The notes: generated by a model from the letters alone, not told the origin. DNA of 63,520 nucleotides, filler included, from Atractiella rhizophila (GCA_021432655.1; 8 parts of 7 records of this genome joined end to end with filler, not necessarily neighbours in it), one strand, 5' to 3'. Counted from the first letter of the whole stretch, positions 1 through 14,441 are shown. Translations and numbers: made by a program.

Positions 1-184
1 CTACCTTTTTCTAACAATCTTAGCTCTCGGGTCCCTGGGAAGGTGGTCTTCAGCTTACTTACGGTCCATGAAGTATCTGATCGAGTAATGAACCATCGTT
101 TTCACATATCCTTGATCCTTGCTCTTCATGAATTGAAGAAAATAATGCTACAACATTCGATTACGTGCTACGGACGTCAATAAC

Positions 185-2239
185 TTAATACTGCAAAGTC
201 TCGACGATGGCATCGAGCACCCTGATCTCATCAGGCAGGAAGAACTTTTCGAAAGCAGCAGGGAACGGGGTATCCCAACCGGTGACCCTCTTCACGGGCG
301 CTTCGAGTCTCAAGAACTCACGTTCGGTGATCTCAGCAGCGATCTCGGCGCTGATGCTCCCGCTTCGACTCGCTTCGTGCACGATGATGAGCCGTCCGGT
401 CTTCCTGACCGATTCTGAGATCGTCTCCATGTCGGCGGGGAAGACGGTGCGGAGGTCGATGAGCTCTATCGAGGGAGGTTTGTTGCGGATGGAGGCGGGA
501 ATGAGCGGATTGGTCTTTAGTGCGTCGAGGGCTCGGGCGATCGTGTATAGCGGTGGGCCACTTGGTATTGAGTCAGTTTGGTGGGTTTGGAAGGAAGAGG
601 ACGCACTAGGATACAATTGTTAAATCGCTTCCCTCTTGTAGGATCTCTGCCTTCCCTAGAGGTAATGTAAAGCTCTCCACAGGCACATGCTCGCTCGCAG
701 TCCGGTAGAGAATCTTAGGCTCGAAGAAAACGACTGGATTAGGATCGCGGATACTCGCTGTCCACGCCAAACGATCAGTTTTACGCAACCCAGGGGAACG
801 AGGGAACGAGTCGTACCAAGTAAGAGACCCTTCGCTTGTAAAGGCGAACGCGGGACTACGACCTTGAGACCAGGGACTGCATAGAACGCTTCTGGGCTTT
901 GAGAGTGATACAGTCCGCCATGGCCTACAGCTGCACATGCTGTTCCAAGTGAACCGCATCGCGTCGCTCAGTTTCAGCTCCTGCTTCCTATTAGGTAAAG
1001 GGAGGCTACGCACGAGCTCGAACCGTCAAGTTTCCTGCACTGAACTGGCCGTTCGATCGGTACCTGAACTTGGCAGCCTCGTTCGCGAGTTGATCAAACA
1101 TGGGACCTAGAGTCAATGTCCGTGAGTAACCGTATGGGGAAAGAAAAGAAACGCATACCCATGTAGTCGGCGAATTGACATTCAGCGATTGCGGTTTGTC
1201 CCATGGAGGATAAACCGATGCCAAAACCGGCGATACCCTGTTCGGTGAGAGGAGTGTTGAAAACACGTTCTCTGCCTGTTCCCTCCCGAACATCGAGCGA
1301 CGGGACGTTAGAAATAGCCTATTGACGGAAAAAGGTCGATGATATAATCGGACAAAATGCGATCACAGATTTACCCTGCTTCCGCCAGAATACGAACTGA
1401 ACAATATATGGAAGTTTAAGAATCTATCAAATGCTAATCCGAAGGTAGAGCCAAGAAGGCGTCAGAGAGAAATGAGCCCCAACTTTGAAGCCATTGTCTC
1501 TGCCTTCTTTAGTTACTAACTTACTAACAGAATTGATAACAAGGACGCGTCTAGTGAGAGATAAGAAGAACAGGCTTTGGACCAATTATGAATTCACATG
1601 TGCTTTGGAGAGACAGACAAGATGGATGACCAAGTCTACATCTTCTCATTCGCTCATTCCAAGCGAGCCCCGTATATAGAATGCGACTATCTGGAGGAAA
1701 GGGAAGAATGTATGATTGATCGATCAATACACTGCTTCAACTACTCTTCCCTCTATCCCAGCAGGAAGGAATTCGTACCGCAGGATCACGGCACACACCG
1801 CTCGCCAGTAACAAAAGCAAAAGGAAGGAACAGAAGAGAAGGGCTCACCAAACTCCTCCGCGAGACCAAGAGAGCACCTAAACACGCCTCCAAAAGCGAC
1901 ATCCTCCCCAAACACGACTGCCGTCTCATCGTTGCCCAGGGTGATAGACATCGCGTCCCTGATAGCCTGACACATATTCATCATCCTCGTCTCCCTCCCC
2001 TCCTTCCCTTCCTTCCCAGACGAACCGACGACCTCCTTGACGCCTTCTGCGCCTGATGGCGAGAGCGAGCAGGATGACGAACCCTTGCCGTCGTGCCAGT
2101 CGGACGGGTGGAAGGCGAGTGAGGGCGTGGAGAGGGCGGAGGAACGCGATTTGTGGAGGATGGAGAGTGTCGCGGGGGAGGTGGTGGTGGAGAGTGCGCG
2201 GACTGTGCGGGAGAGACGGTGTACGGGTAGACGCGTCAT
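185..2239 (-). CDS. BCKDHB: 2-oxoisovalerate (branched-chain alpha-keto acid) dehydrogenase E1 beta subunit, mitochondrial; multi-exon
   Basis: Mitochondrial-type N-terminus, then [11 protein letters not shown]...[24 protein letters not shown] | [20 protein letters not shown]...[15 protein letters not shown]...ELIDLRT...[16 protein letters not shown]; intron 1276-1848 joins in frame. Confidence 0.95.
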
Positions 2240-2434
2240 GGCTGCTCACTGGAATCGCTGAGATATTCCTAGGATATGGCTGGAGATGTCAACTACTCAG
2301 ACAGAGGAAAAGTTTCCAATAAATAATTCTGGGGAAAGGCATCCCGATCGCTTGGTGTTCTGCCATTAGTATGAGACTACAAATGTTCACGTGATACTTT
2401 CTTTGGCAAGTATCGCGATCATTGCATTGCAACG

Positions 2435-5400
2435 ATGGCATCGAGTGATCCCCCTCTTCTTCAGTCTACCAACACCTCAGCTACCGTCTCCAAGCGCAGT
2501 GCAGAGAGGGCAGGATACTTTGAACAAGAACAGTGGTTGCGGCCATTCGTCGCTACCAGCACTGGTGGTCAAGGTGGGAGTGGAGGAGGGAAGGTGAAGA
2601 GGAGAAGTCCGTGAGTCCTTTGTGATAATATGTAATCGTTCTGCAAGTGTCACCCTTTGGCTCAAGCTACGATGCCGACTTTGGTCCTGATCATTACTTG
2701 AGATTATTGTCTATGTTGCTTGTACTCTTCCGAGTCTGATTAACGTGTTTCATGGCATGTGTAATCTTACAAAGTGAGCATGATAAGTAATTGAACGAGG
2801 ACAGTTTAATCTGTTGTCCCTAGCCATTGTTGGTGTGATTTTGCAGTCCAAGTTTGAAGGCTAGCGTTAGAGATTCCGCTGCCTGATATGAATCTGAATG
2901 ACGCTTCTTCCTATGATAAGGACGAATATGCAACAAAATGGACGTAGTCCTCTTGCCAAAATATCGAGAACGATATACCATTTGCTGTAGTAATAGTTTC
3001 ATTCGGAAAACGATGGAGCTCTATTCATGATCTACTCCTTCGTTGCAGCGTGACCATTAACGTAATGTAACGTATCTGAAGCCAGATAAACCTCGGGTAC
3101 TACATCCGATCCCACCTCATCCAACGCACCATCAACTCATACATCTCTCTCTCCTCCACTAAATCTCCCCCAAATCCAGCGATCCTAGTGAACTTAGGCA
3201 GTGGCTACGACGCGACCTTCTTTCGTCTTTGCTCCTCTCATGAAGGAAACGGAAACATCTACGTCGTGGACATCGACTACCCTGCGCTCATAGAGAATAA
3301 GAAGCGGATCATCGAGTCTGATCCGGCTATCGCTGACTTTTTTGAAGAGGGGAAGGTGAGGGATGGATGGAATGCGGCGAAGAAGTACACGAAAATGTTC
3401 TATGCGTTGCTTGGGAAGGATTTGGGAGATCTGGTCGGGTTTAAAGAGGGACTGGAGGCCTTGGTAAAAGATGTAGAAGGTCGAGAAGGCAGACAAGCTT
3501 CGATTGCATTTATAGCTGAGGTCTGTCCTTGAACCGTTTTCTCATCTAATGAATTATTTGATAAAGAGAATTTAGGTCTCCATAATCTATTTACCACCTG
3601 AGCACACCCGAGCAATCCTCGACTACGTGTCTACCTTCCCACAGTCCACCTTCATCGTATTGGAACAGTTCATCCCGTCCCCTCAAGCGAATTCGACGTA
3701 TGTTCAAACCATGCTGACACATTTTAAGACGCACCAAACCCCTCTTCTCTCCCTTTCTCCCCCTCCAGAAGGCTGGCGAAGCTTATCGGAGTTTGAGGAC
3801 CGCTTGAAGAGTCGTTGGAAGGTGGCAAGAACGAGGACGATGAGAGAGCTCTGGGAGGAGGAGTGTCAAATGGAGGAGGGGCAGAGACGAAAGTGGACGA
3901 AAGAGGAGTTCGATGAATGGTCAGTGACGACTGGGCTTCTCGGTTGTAAACTGACTTGAGTTTAGGGAAGAGATCCTACTCTTCCTGTCGCATTATTATA
4001 TTGGTGTGGCATCTAAAGAAGAGGGTGTCGCCTGCATCCTCGCATGTAATGGGTCCAGCTTCGTCTCCGAACCGTCCCCTCGACCTAATGGACCTTCAAT
4101 ACTTCCCACTTCATCATCTCCATCGTCCCCCTCCAAGGGCGAGGTAAAGCCTCTGCATGCGTTCCACCCCTCTCTTCGTCTCAAGCTCCGTGGTCACAGT
4201 CTGCATTCTCTCGGTGGTGGAGAGTTCCTCATCTTCGGTGGATACGGCGGGAGTGGAAAAGCATTGGGGCGGACCAACGAAGTGCGCCTGCTCTCTATCT
4301 CTAAAGACGGCACGCCGACCCTCGTCACCCTGCAATGTTCCGGTCCTGCCCCCACTGCGAGAGTACACCACGTAGGTTTTGTGATGGGAGGAAAGGTTTA
4401 CGTGCATGGAGGTAGACAGGGACCGGCGACGCCAATGGACGACCTTTGGCAACTGGATGTCGAGAAGCGGGAGTGGAAGCTACTAAAGAAAGAAGACGTC
4501 ACTGGACCTAGCCCTAGGTCGAGACACGTTTGTGTCGTTTTGAAGATTGGACAAGAGGAGTGTACATTGATCGGCGGTGGCATCGGGCTGCAGGGAGATG
4601 TTAAAGGAGATTGGTGGATATGGCGTGGAGGAAAGGGATGGAGTGAGGTGGAGTTGGAGAGCGAGCTGAGGGTGTTTGGGTGCGATTTAGTCCAGCGCCA
4701 TCCGTCAATAGAGCCTGAGAGCTCGGATGTTGAGCTGGTTCTGCTCGGAGGCTTGAACCAGAAATATCAGATTGCCCAAACGAGGTCGATGCGGCTTCAT
4801 ATCGCTTCAGGAAGTGCGAGATTGCAAGACGTCACACCTCTCCATTTTCACCATGCTCGCTTCGGTCCCCTCGGTGCTCGCTTCGGGTCCCGCGCTACGT
4901 CTCCTTCTCCCGGCGCCGTCGTGATGCATGGAGGAGTTTCCTCTTCCTCTTCTTTGGCACCGGAACAGGACGCTATCCTCCTGGACTTGAACAATGCCTC
5001 ATGGACTCCGGTTGCGCTGAATGGGGCGAAAGCACGTACAGGAATAGATCATGCCCTGGCAGCAGACGGGGATGGGAACATAGTGGTAGTGGGAGGAGCT
5101 TGTAATGCTTTCTCGTTTGGTACAAAGTGGGATGAGGAGCTGCTCATTCTCGGAACTGACTATCCTCAAAAAGTACGAGATGCGAAAGAAGTTATTTCGG
5201 GAGTGAAGGAACGATCGGTGATACCCAATGGAAACAATAAAGGAATTCTAAAGGAAGCAATCCCAATACAACGTGTTCAAGTGGGCAAGGAGGAAGAGTT
5301 TGAAGATATCATGCGTGCCTGTCTTCCTGTCGTCATAACCGGTTTATCCCTCGGCTCTGCAAGCGAGAAGTGGACACCTGAGTATTTGACGGAGAGGGTG

Positions 5401-6486
5401 GGCAGCAAGAAGGCATGTCTTCAACAAAACTTATCGCAACGTTCTCAGTTCAGAAACAGGTCTCCGTCCACGTTTCAAGCACTGCGAATCTCTCCTGGCA
5501 CGACAAGAACTTCCGATACCAGACTATGGACTTCTCGGAACTTTTAACAAGAGTCTTTGCACCTGCGACAGGGTCGAGAGACGAGACAGTTTACCTTCGC
5601 TCGCTCAGCAGCTCAGCAAAACGAGCCGCCATGCTTGAAAATGACTTTCCAGAGCTTCAAGCTGATTTCGAAATCCCGTCTTGTCTGAAGGCGGTGAAAG
5701 AGGGAACATTTTCCAGTCCACGGAGGGTCAGCGGAGCTGACATGGGGTAAGATCCCTAATGTTTCGGTGTGACCGTTCTGATAATGCATCTAACACAGAC
5801 TATGGTAACAATCCCTTTTGACTACGTTGAAAAGGACTGATGCCCGATCACTCCAGGCCACATTACGATGTCTACGACAACATTGTTTGTCCTTGCCGTC
5901 CGTCCAAAGATACACTAACATATTTGCATTTGCAGCTGACGCAAATCCGAGGCCGAAAGAGGGTCCGATTATGGGCACCTCAGTCAGTTCGTTCCTCGGT
6001 TCCAATTATGAAGCTGAAGTGAGATCAAGGGATGTGGACAAACTGTACATTTCAGGGTCTTCCTCCAAAGTATCCAATCCATTTAACCCCGACCTAACAC
6101 AATTCCCCCTCTATGCATCAGCTACGCCGTACGAGACAGTGCTCGAGGTGAGTCTGCTTTCTCTTTCGAGACCACGATAATCAACCTCCCCACAGAAAAA
6201 TGACATCCTCTTCATACCAAGTCTTTGGATACACACCGTACAGACGCTCGAACCATCGATAGGAATCAACGCCTTCTTCAGGTCTCATCTCCGATCGCCA
6301 GGACTGTACGACAAAAAGGACGTATGGGGTAATGTTGACTTGGTTCCTTTCCGTGAGGCCAAAGCACAAACTCTCAAAACAGTCCAAGAACAGTTCGCCA
6401 CCTTACATCCTCAGCAAAAGAGTTTTTATCTCAAAAAGCTAGGAATGGAATTAATCGCTCTAGGCGAGGACAATGTACAAGAATAA
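2435..6486 (+). CDS. TYW4: tRNA wybutosine-synthesizing protein 4 (LCM methyltransferase + Kelch repeats + C-terminal JmjC domain); multi-exon
   Basis: Exon 1 MASSDPPLLQSTNTSATVSKRSAERAGYF...RRSP spliced (intron 2611-3081) to QINLGYYIR...VNLGSGYD; Kelch motifs (LIFGGYGG, YVHGGRQGP); JmjC with HYD...QIRGRKRVRLWAP and LFIPSLWIHTV...YDKKDVWGNVDL. Confidence 0.92.
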
Positions 6487-6541
6487 GCACACAAATCAGT
6501 GTACAAACAGGTGTAGCATGAAATGGTATGATAACAGAACC

Positions 6542-9500
6542 TCAATCTTTGTCCTCCCCGTCTTCTGGAGGGTCTGGCTGCGTATCCCTAGCGACTCGAA
6601 TGCGCATCAGAGATTTATCTTTCCAAGTCAATTCAGCTGGCAAGGGGTATTAGCATTGAGCTGGGTAGATGAATCGGTTGAACGTACCAGTGCGATGGAG
6701 GGACTCAATTTCATCTATCCTTTCACGAACACTGTCGAGATTTTCTTGGAACTTCTCTCTGTATACCAGTTTCCTCATAGCGTTGAGCATTAACCTACAA
6801 CGCTTCCATCAGTACTGGTTCTTACACTGGCGGATTTCGAACCTTGAATCAGCTCGCACGTTATGATTAACATCAATGGTCACAATGCAGTCATTGTCCC
6901 TGCCACTTGCTCAGCGGACCACTTCAACAGAGGGTTAAAGGAGCTGGCTCACAAGAGCGGGAGGAAGTCGGCCCTGGTCATCACCTGTCGCGCTGCACCT
7001 GTTTCGACTCAGTCAGACGGCGAATGGGAAACAAGATTCATTACCGTAAGGTACAAATCCGTTGATGTGACCTTCCTTCATGCCCTCCTCTTGATCTTCC
7101 TCAAGGTCATCGGCTCGTTTTACCAATTCCTGCCCCAAGACTCGTTAATTCTGAGTTTGAGAAAGCGAGGAAGACAGACTTGGAAAAGTAAGAAGGAAGA
7201 GGACGAGAACTTTTGCTCGTCCATTACCTATGCGCCAGAGTCATTGATACATTCCCTCAGCCAAAGGAAAGTGAAATTACATCATCGTCGCCTATTGCCC
7301 ACCGGTATATCAGTCAATCCTGCATTCAAAGTTGAAAAGAAGATCACAGTCAACGATTAACCCAAGTTTAGCTTCCAGCCAGTTAGCTTCGAAATCCACC
7401 AACTCTCGGGCCGCCTGCTCCATGTCGAATTGTCTCACGACACGAGCGAGATAACTTGGCCGTCCTAAATTCTCCTTCAGTTCCATCACAACAAGTTTGG
7501 GCTATACAGAAGCACTGACCACCAACTATGTCCCATATCTTGAAAGCGTCCTTCTCGCAGACTTTCTCACCGAAGTGTCTCAGTCGAATAGCCTTGATCA
7601 TTTTCATGGCAGAATTCTGATCCAGATCCGAGATCGAAAGCACCCGCATCCCTATCCAAACGAACAAAACCACAATTCAGTTCGTTCACTGACAACTTGG
7701 AGAAAAGGGTACCCACGCGAGCCGAACTTTTTCATCTTATCGAAGATCCAGGCGTCATCTACTCCACCATGAGCTCAACTTGCCCTCCGTAGCGGAGCGG
7801 AGCATGTACCCGAGTTAAATACCATAGTGAGCACGCCAGCCTGAGCCCAACTCTCGGCCCTCTGCTGCAAACAGTGCAAGATCGGAGCGCCTTGTTCATC
7901 CTTACCCCTCAAACTGTCAATTTTGACTTCCACAGATGAAATGAGGAGATAAGTGCTCACATTGCGCAAGTAATGAATATTGTTGAAAATCAGCACGAGC
8001 GGTCGTCCACGCTTCTTTCGATACCTGATTGCGACCTATTAGGTGGTGAGTAGGATCGAACCTGCTCAGAGGAAGATGATATACCTTCTCAAGTTTGTTC
8101 AATGCGCGTTCAATGTCTAATATCGCTCCTGCCTCTCGCGGATCCTTCCTTTGAAAAAGTCCATTCTGCCAATCCATAGGCGGTGCTCAACTCCGAGTCT
8201 CATAGTAGAAGGGATGAAGGGAGACGTACGAGCGAGTCCTCGTAGAACTCAAAGTTGAGGCATTTGCCCAACCGAAGTCTGAACACCTCTGGATCTGCTC
8301 ATACCCATCCACCGGTATCAGCATCGATTCTTCCGTATGAGAGATAGGAGGGGAAGTGAAGGCTAACCTTCGTGTGCTTCGCATAGGGAGACCCCGTCAG
8401 CCTCACATTGTCGCATCGCTTCTATGAGCCTGTTCACACCATGTCAACACGTTACTACCACCTGAACAAAAAGTCGAGGCAGAAGGATTCCTACATAGAC
8501 GTCTTTCCTGTGCCCTAAAGCCTAGTCAGTTTGCTTCTCCCTCAAATCAGGCGCAAGCAAGCACCTTAGGACCAAGAATCAAATCTATTCCTTTCCATGA
8601 GCATGCAGGTTTCGAAAGAAAGAAATGAAGAGAGAAGACGTACAATAGCTCCCGACCTCCCCGCCCATCACAATCCGTTCCAAAAGTTCCTGTTCAGGCC
8701 TTCGAAACCAGAGTTCACCCTCCTCCTCCTCGTCTGGACTTTGACTCTTGGCGTTCGCCTTGTCGAGTTCGAGGACGGGGTCGAAGCCTTTGTCGAACGA
8801 GACGGCGATCTTGTAGAGGACGTGCCACTTGTAGAAGTGGTAGTAGGAGATACCTGCTAATGCTACGAGACCCAGACCTGTTCCGAGTTCAGACACTTGA
8901 AAAGGGGAGGAGGACAAGAACAATTTGTCGAGGAATGCAGCTCCGATTGCAACAGGAGAAGGCCCTCTGGAAAGATGGGCCACAGTTTGTAGGAAAGCAG
9001 TGCAACGAAATGTTGTATGAGGAGAAGGTATCAAACGACCAGCTAAGTTGCAATATATTGCGCCGTACACGGATGGCAATGGGAAGCATGCTCGAGGCAG
9101 TGATACAGCAGCTAGTTCTCCATCGATTGGGTGAATATTGACTTAGCGTCCTCCTAAACGAAACAAGATGTGTATCATGCTATCCGAAATGCCTCTCCAG
9201 AGTCGACGAGGCAGGAAAGGCAGGATAGCCTTTGATTCGCCATGATGCTCCAAGCGAGAGGATCAACGAGACGTGGGAAGTAGAATAAGGATAAAGGGGC
9301 TGTAGACTTGTAAGAAGTTGTACTGGTCGGCAAAGAAGCAAGGATGCACGTCGGAAACCTCGGGCAGAATTCATGGCAGCAAGGCGAAGCTGACAGTATA
9401 CGAGGAGGACTCACCAGCTACAGTCTGGCCGCCAACGTCGAGGATAGGTCTCCAATTAAATCCATCCTTCGCCTTTCCTCCATCGTATCCTCCTCCTTCA

Positions 9501-9722
9501 CTATGTCCTTGAGAAGCGAAGCTCGCTGGCGTTGTCGGGGGTCCACCTCCATGTATCATTTGAGCTCTCATGCCATGAAATTGCAGAGAGAAACACACCA
9601 GGAACGACGTTTGCGGGCTGCTGAGTGTCGAATGCCCGTCTCTGGGAGGAGTGGGAGAAGTGCCTGTGCCCACTGAGCCTCAGAGAGAACGCTCGCCAGG
9701 AGATGGTGTGGAGGCGTTGCAT
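6542..9722 (-). CDS. Fungal P-loop/AAA ATPase with N-terminal transmembrane segment, probably mitochondrial; multi-exon
   Basis: Presequence-like MQRLHTISWRAFSLRLSG; hydrophobic GLGLVALAGISYYHFYKW; RRPEQELLERIVMGGEVGSY followed by a spliced Walker-A-like GPKGTGKTS; RLGKCLNFEFYED and LLHCLQQRAESWAQAGVLTMVFNS-type segments typical of this conserved fungal family. Confidence 0.75.
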
Positions 9723-10833
9723 TGGGAGTGGATAAAGTTCGCTGTAATAAATGGAAGCAACAAATGAATGAAATGAAAAGAGCGTCTGGAAACAAAGCGG
9801 CAGCCAAGCACAGTCTATATAGATCTATATGCAAGCAACGGGAGGTGGACACCTTGGGCTCAGTGCGGGCGGAAGTGGCTTCTCGCCATACAAACCTTCA
9901 TCTTTATCATCTAGCATCTAATCTTTGGCTTGTCCAATGTCAACTGGGATTCAAGTTGAAGTTGAGTACAGAGCAGGATGCACATAGACTTCCATATCAG
10001 CGGCATCGTCAACTCCTTTCTCGCCAGGAAAAGGATCCTCAACCCTTCTGGCGCAGATGCCAGAATTTTTGGTGGAGTGTGCGGTGCGTGGTTACTGTTT
10101 GATTTCTGCTCTTTTCTTCAACTGTTGTTTGCCATTTACGAATCTTTTTTCGGAGAACACAATGAGGAGGCGTTGACAAGATTAACGCAATCCACGATCG
10201 CTCCTTCTCCGTCCAATCTGTTACCGTGCAGGGCGATACTGTCATCCATAAAAGCATCTAATCCGATGAGAGGGTTTCACATTGATGAGCAAGCTGTCGT
10301 GAATTACTTCCTAACAGAGCTTTCCATCCAATTTGAGATGCGGGTATTGAGGCTCTCCATCTATCATATTCAACTTGGATGCAGAATAATCAGGGGAAAT
10401 TGGCATTGGCTGCTCCAACATTTTACATCATTCCACCTGTCTGAGATATGTGGAAATGATCCTACCACACCGTCTTCTTAGAAGTTCAGACTACAAGGCA
10501 TGATTGCCTCTTCGCTCTTTATCCTTCGATATCACGACAGGAGTTGTAGGAGGGGCGAGGCCGGAGGCTGCTCTTTGACTCTTCCTAGCGAGGGTCTTTA
10601 TGTGATAAATTTCACATTTCGGTGGTATCGCCATCCGTAGCATTCTTTACTACACATCAGTTCCCGAATCTCCTCTAAAGAAGTCATGTCGAGAGGACGG
10701 CTACCTCGTTTCTGGCTCAGCATGGCCTTCAGACTTGTCAAAACAAACTAGTATATTACAAGGAACACTATGCTATTCCTTCTCACTTAACTATCGTCTA
10801 TTTAACAGATTCAAGCACTCACTCTGGACGTAG

Positions 10834-13708
10834 ATGCCCTCGAAGTTGGAAACTATAGGCTTGCTTCGACGATCTGTACCAAAAGCCTTCGAAAGTTCCC
10901 AGCCTCTCCTCCAGCACCCCCTCCACCGGTCCTCTCGCCATACTATGTCTTCTTGACTTTTCAGGCTCTTTGCCAATTCAAGTTGCACCAGTTACCGGAA
11001 GCGCTCAAGCTCGTCTCTCAGCTCAAGAGCTCCAAGCTCGCCATCGGTGATCCCGACGTCCTAGTCTTCCTCGAAGTCATAATGGCCGGCCTCGGTCAAC
11101 GAGAGGAGGAGATCCTACTCGTTTTTGAAGAGGCAGTAAAACTGTACCCGGATAACGACGATGTGCTCGTTGAAGCTTTCATATTCTACATTCGACAAGA
11201 ATTGTATAAGAAGGCACAACAGCTTGGACTCAAAATCCTCAAATCTCTGCCCACGAGTCCTACTCAGACGGGCAACAAAGAAGCTGATGGGAACAAATAC
11301 TTTTGGTGGACCATCATGACGACCATTCTCCAAGTCCAATCACTGTTGAGGAAGGGAGATGCCAAGTCAAAAACGGAAGCAAGTCTCCCTCTTGCTATCG
11401 CCTCTCGCATGTTCTCTCAACACCTTCCACCAAATAAAGCCGACAACGACAAACGTGAATGGTTTGAAACACAACACCAATTTTTCCTACTGGCCAAGCT
11501 GCTGAAATGTCGTCTCTCCATCGCTCCACTATCTCCGACAAAGGAAAGTCCCACGGGTTCTACAGGAGAGGAGTTTCAGGCGATTGATGAGCGTGGTATC
11601 ATTAACCTCCTCGCGAAACCAATAAATGCCGTGACGGAGGACGAGTTGAGAGCGGGCCTCATAGCCTTGTTCAATATCGAGGAAGGCAAGAAGTGGTGTT
11701 CTCAAGCTCTGGGGCTTGAAATTTGGAGAAGAGAAGAGGAGTTGGAGGGATTCCCGAAAACAATCAGAGAATGCTGGGAGCGGATGAAGGCAGAGCTGGA
11801 AGCTGGGTGGGTTCATCTCCCTTGTTTTTGCCTAAAAGAAACCTAACTGGAATTTTAGTGACACTAATTGGCACTCACTCCTCTCATTCGTCCGTGCCTC
11901 CGTATCTCTTTCCGATCATGCCGTTGTCGAGCAGACCCGCCAACTTTTACAGTCTCTTTCGGAAGGCGAGAATTCGCGTGAAAGAGGTTACATTCTAGCA
12001 CGAATCGAATTGGAACTACGGTTACGGAAAGCGCGTAGGACGTTAGAATCGGACTCTTCCAGCGAAAGTGAGAGTTCGACACGAGATCGGTCGGTCGTCG
12101 ACTTGTTGGTGACTTATTTTCAGAGGTTCGCCAGCAAGACATGTTGTTTCGATGATCTCAGAGCTCACCTCAAAACGATCGAGAAGTCGGAACAGGCTGC
12201 GCTTTTGGAGGAGCTAGAGAAGGAGGAGAGTCTGAGTGCCGATCAAGTTCGTCCATTACTAGCTTCCTTTTCAGACGGAGAAGGATAACTGATTTATAGG
12301 CCCGATCTAGAATATCGATCAGGTCCAGCGTTTGATAAATTATGAGAAAATCAAGCGTGTTTTGACTCTGGACGAGGCCGATATGACGATTGAGAAGCAG
12401 GAAGGACATATGAAGAGATATCTTAAATCTTATTTCGACGCTTTACCGCTCGGTGCGCTCCATCCTACCTGTCGCAGTCTTGAGTTGAAGAGGGGGACAG
12501 GTAAAGGACTCCCTTCTTCTGACTTGCAGCCTGCGGACGACTTCGCCATGCTAGCAGCCCAAGCGTGTGTCTCACTCTGGAGTTTATCGAGTAGGCCTCT
12601 CACTACACTCATCTACTTCTGGAGTGAACAAAAAATAGAAAATATCTCCTATCTACAACAAGCGGTCGTCATTCTCGAATTTGCCTCAAAACGCAGCAAA
12701 CATAAATACCAGCTTCGAGTGTTACTCATTCGTATATACCGCCTCCTAGGTGGTTTCTCTCTTCCCTTCCTCAGACGGTCTTTGTTCTAATCATCTGTAC
12801 CCAGGAGCACCGTCGCTCGCCTTGTCCCACTGGCGCCTCGTTGGCTGCAAACAGATTCAAATGGAAACCATCAGTCACTACATGGCAGACCGCTCTTCGA
12901 CATTCTCTCTTGGGCTTATCGGAGATCAAACATATTTCCTAGAAAATCTCGCCATGTTGAATATCTTGAGGCAGTGTGAAACAGAGACTGGAGAGATGAT
13001 TGTCCGCACCTTTTCATATCAGAATTACACCAAGGTAAAGATCTTTCATCATCCATTGGTAATCTCTAACCCACGAAAAGTCGGAAGACTTTGTTGGTTT
13101 CAAACTTCAACTGCGCGAGTCGTTTCAACGTCACGTCCTGGAACATGAACATCGGAGACTGAAGTGGTTGAGAGGGCCAGAAACTATAGATATTGCGGAA
13201 TTGAGTAATTTTCTCGTGTTGCTGTGTCACGATTTTGTCGCTCATTCCACTTAGCCCTTCAACGTCCTGAGGCGGAACCTGAACTTGTTGACAATCGAGA
13301 TTTCTCACTGATACCAGATTTTCAGCCATATCGTTTTGGATGCATTGATACTGATACATCTATGGGACCTAAACTTACGGTATGTCGGTTCTACTCGATC
13401 AGCCTTATCTTATTCTGCGACTCTAGCCCTCGTGGCTGAAGAAAATGTCTTCCATGTATCAATATTCTCTCCTCTCCGATGGTCATGATGAGAACGCTTC
13501 CGACAGCTCAGGCGTGAGTTTACTGCTTTCTACTTTCTACGAGCGATTTCCTGCTCACATGGTACTCAACAGCTGACTGCGTACGAAGGACTCATGGTCT
13601 CAGGCTCAGATAGTATCAAAGCTTGGAATAACCGTCCTGCTGATAAGCAATCGTCTGAAAAAGCCGAAGAATCGATAAACTCAATGTTTACCCGTTTGAA
13701 TCGTGACC
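10834..13708 (+). CDS. NAA25: N-terminal acetyltransferase B non-catalytic subunit (NAA25/MDM20); start exon uncertain, 3' end truncated by spacer
   Basis: ALEVGNYRLASTICTKSLRKFP N-terminus; YFQRFASKTCCFDDL; DLQPADDFAMLAAQACVSLW; YQLRVLLIRIYRLLGAPSLAL; KQIQMETISHY; DNRDFSLIP. Confidence 0.9.
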
Positions 13709-13808
13709 NNNNNNNNNNNNNNNNNNNNNNNNNNNNNNNNNNNNNNNNNNNNTTAATTAATTAANNNNNNNNNNNNNNNNNNNNNNNNNNNNNNNNNNNN
13801 NNNNNNNN
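13709..13808. other. Artificial contig spacer N44-TTAATTAATTAA-N44 (also at ~25025, 38794, 47864, 54092, 59940, 62378)
   Basis: The same 12-mer, with stop codons in all six frames, sits in the middle of seven ~100-nt N runs, and genes are cut at these points. Confidence 0.97.
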
Positions 13809-14441
13809 TACATGTGAAGAAAGCTTGTTCCCTCTTCATGAGCATGTAACAAGCCATTGAAATAATTGATCACAATGACACTGACACACAGCCCACCATA
13901 TTATGGAGCACATTAGCAGGGGGCCATCTGCCGTACGTAATACTGACTGCACAAAACTGGAAGTGATGGAGAATTAAGTGAAAGCGTGGCATCCCCATTG
14001 AAGAGGAAATGGGGCAGATAAGGCCGAAAGATAATTGCTATCCTCACGTCTGGTCCTTTCTCACGCAGAAATAGAAAGTAAATGCTGGGAATTTGGTGGG
14101 ATTCTCCATGAAAACGCAAAGTGTGGTACAACAGAGGTGTAAGTATTCATAAAGTCGAATGATTCGATGGGTAGAGCGACGCCTAAATAGCTCTCGTCTT
14201 CCTCTTCCGAACCAGAAGCAGCAAGTGATGAGAGAGTTCATCATACTTTCTGCAATTTTTCTAAGTGAATTTTGGCAAAATCATAAACGATTGATGACGA
14301 GGAGACAGAAAGTGGTCGTCCTGCCGTTGTGAGATACAGCGGAAGAAGCTAAGTGCATTCTCTTCTCGGTCATAGAAATGACAGGGTAAACACAGTGGTG
14401 GTATGGAATAGAACCATTTTGGCTGAGGGAAAAAAGACTGA

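Noticed and set aside
9850..10680. Short ORFs between the AAA ATPase and NAA25
   Set aside because: No consistent exon chain or family motif could be built.
13753..13764. Recurrent TTAATTAATTAA palindrome as a biological repeat
   Set aside because: Always centred in ~100-nt N runs and has stops in all six frames; it is a contig-joining linker.
14236..14246. ATGATGA (C-box-like) on the minus strand in the long EBP2-like intron as a snoRNA
   Set aside because: No matching D box at a suitable distance, terminal stem or rRNA-complementary guide was evident.
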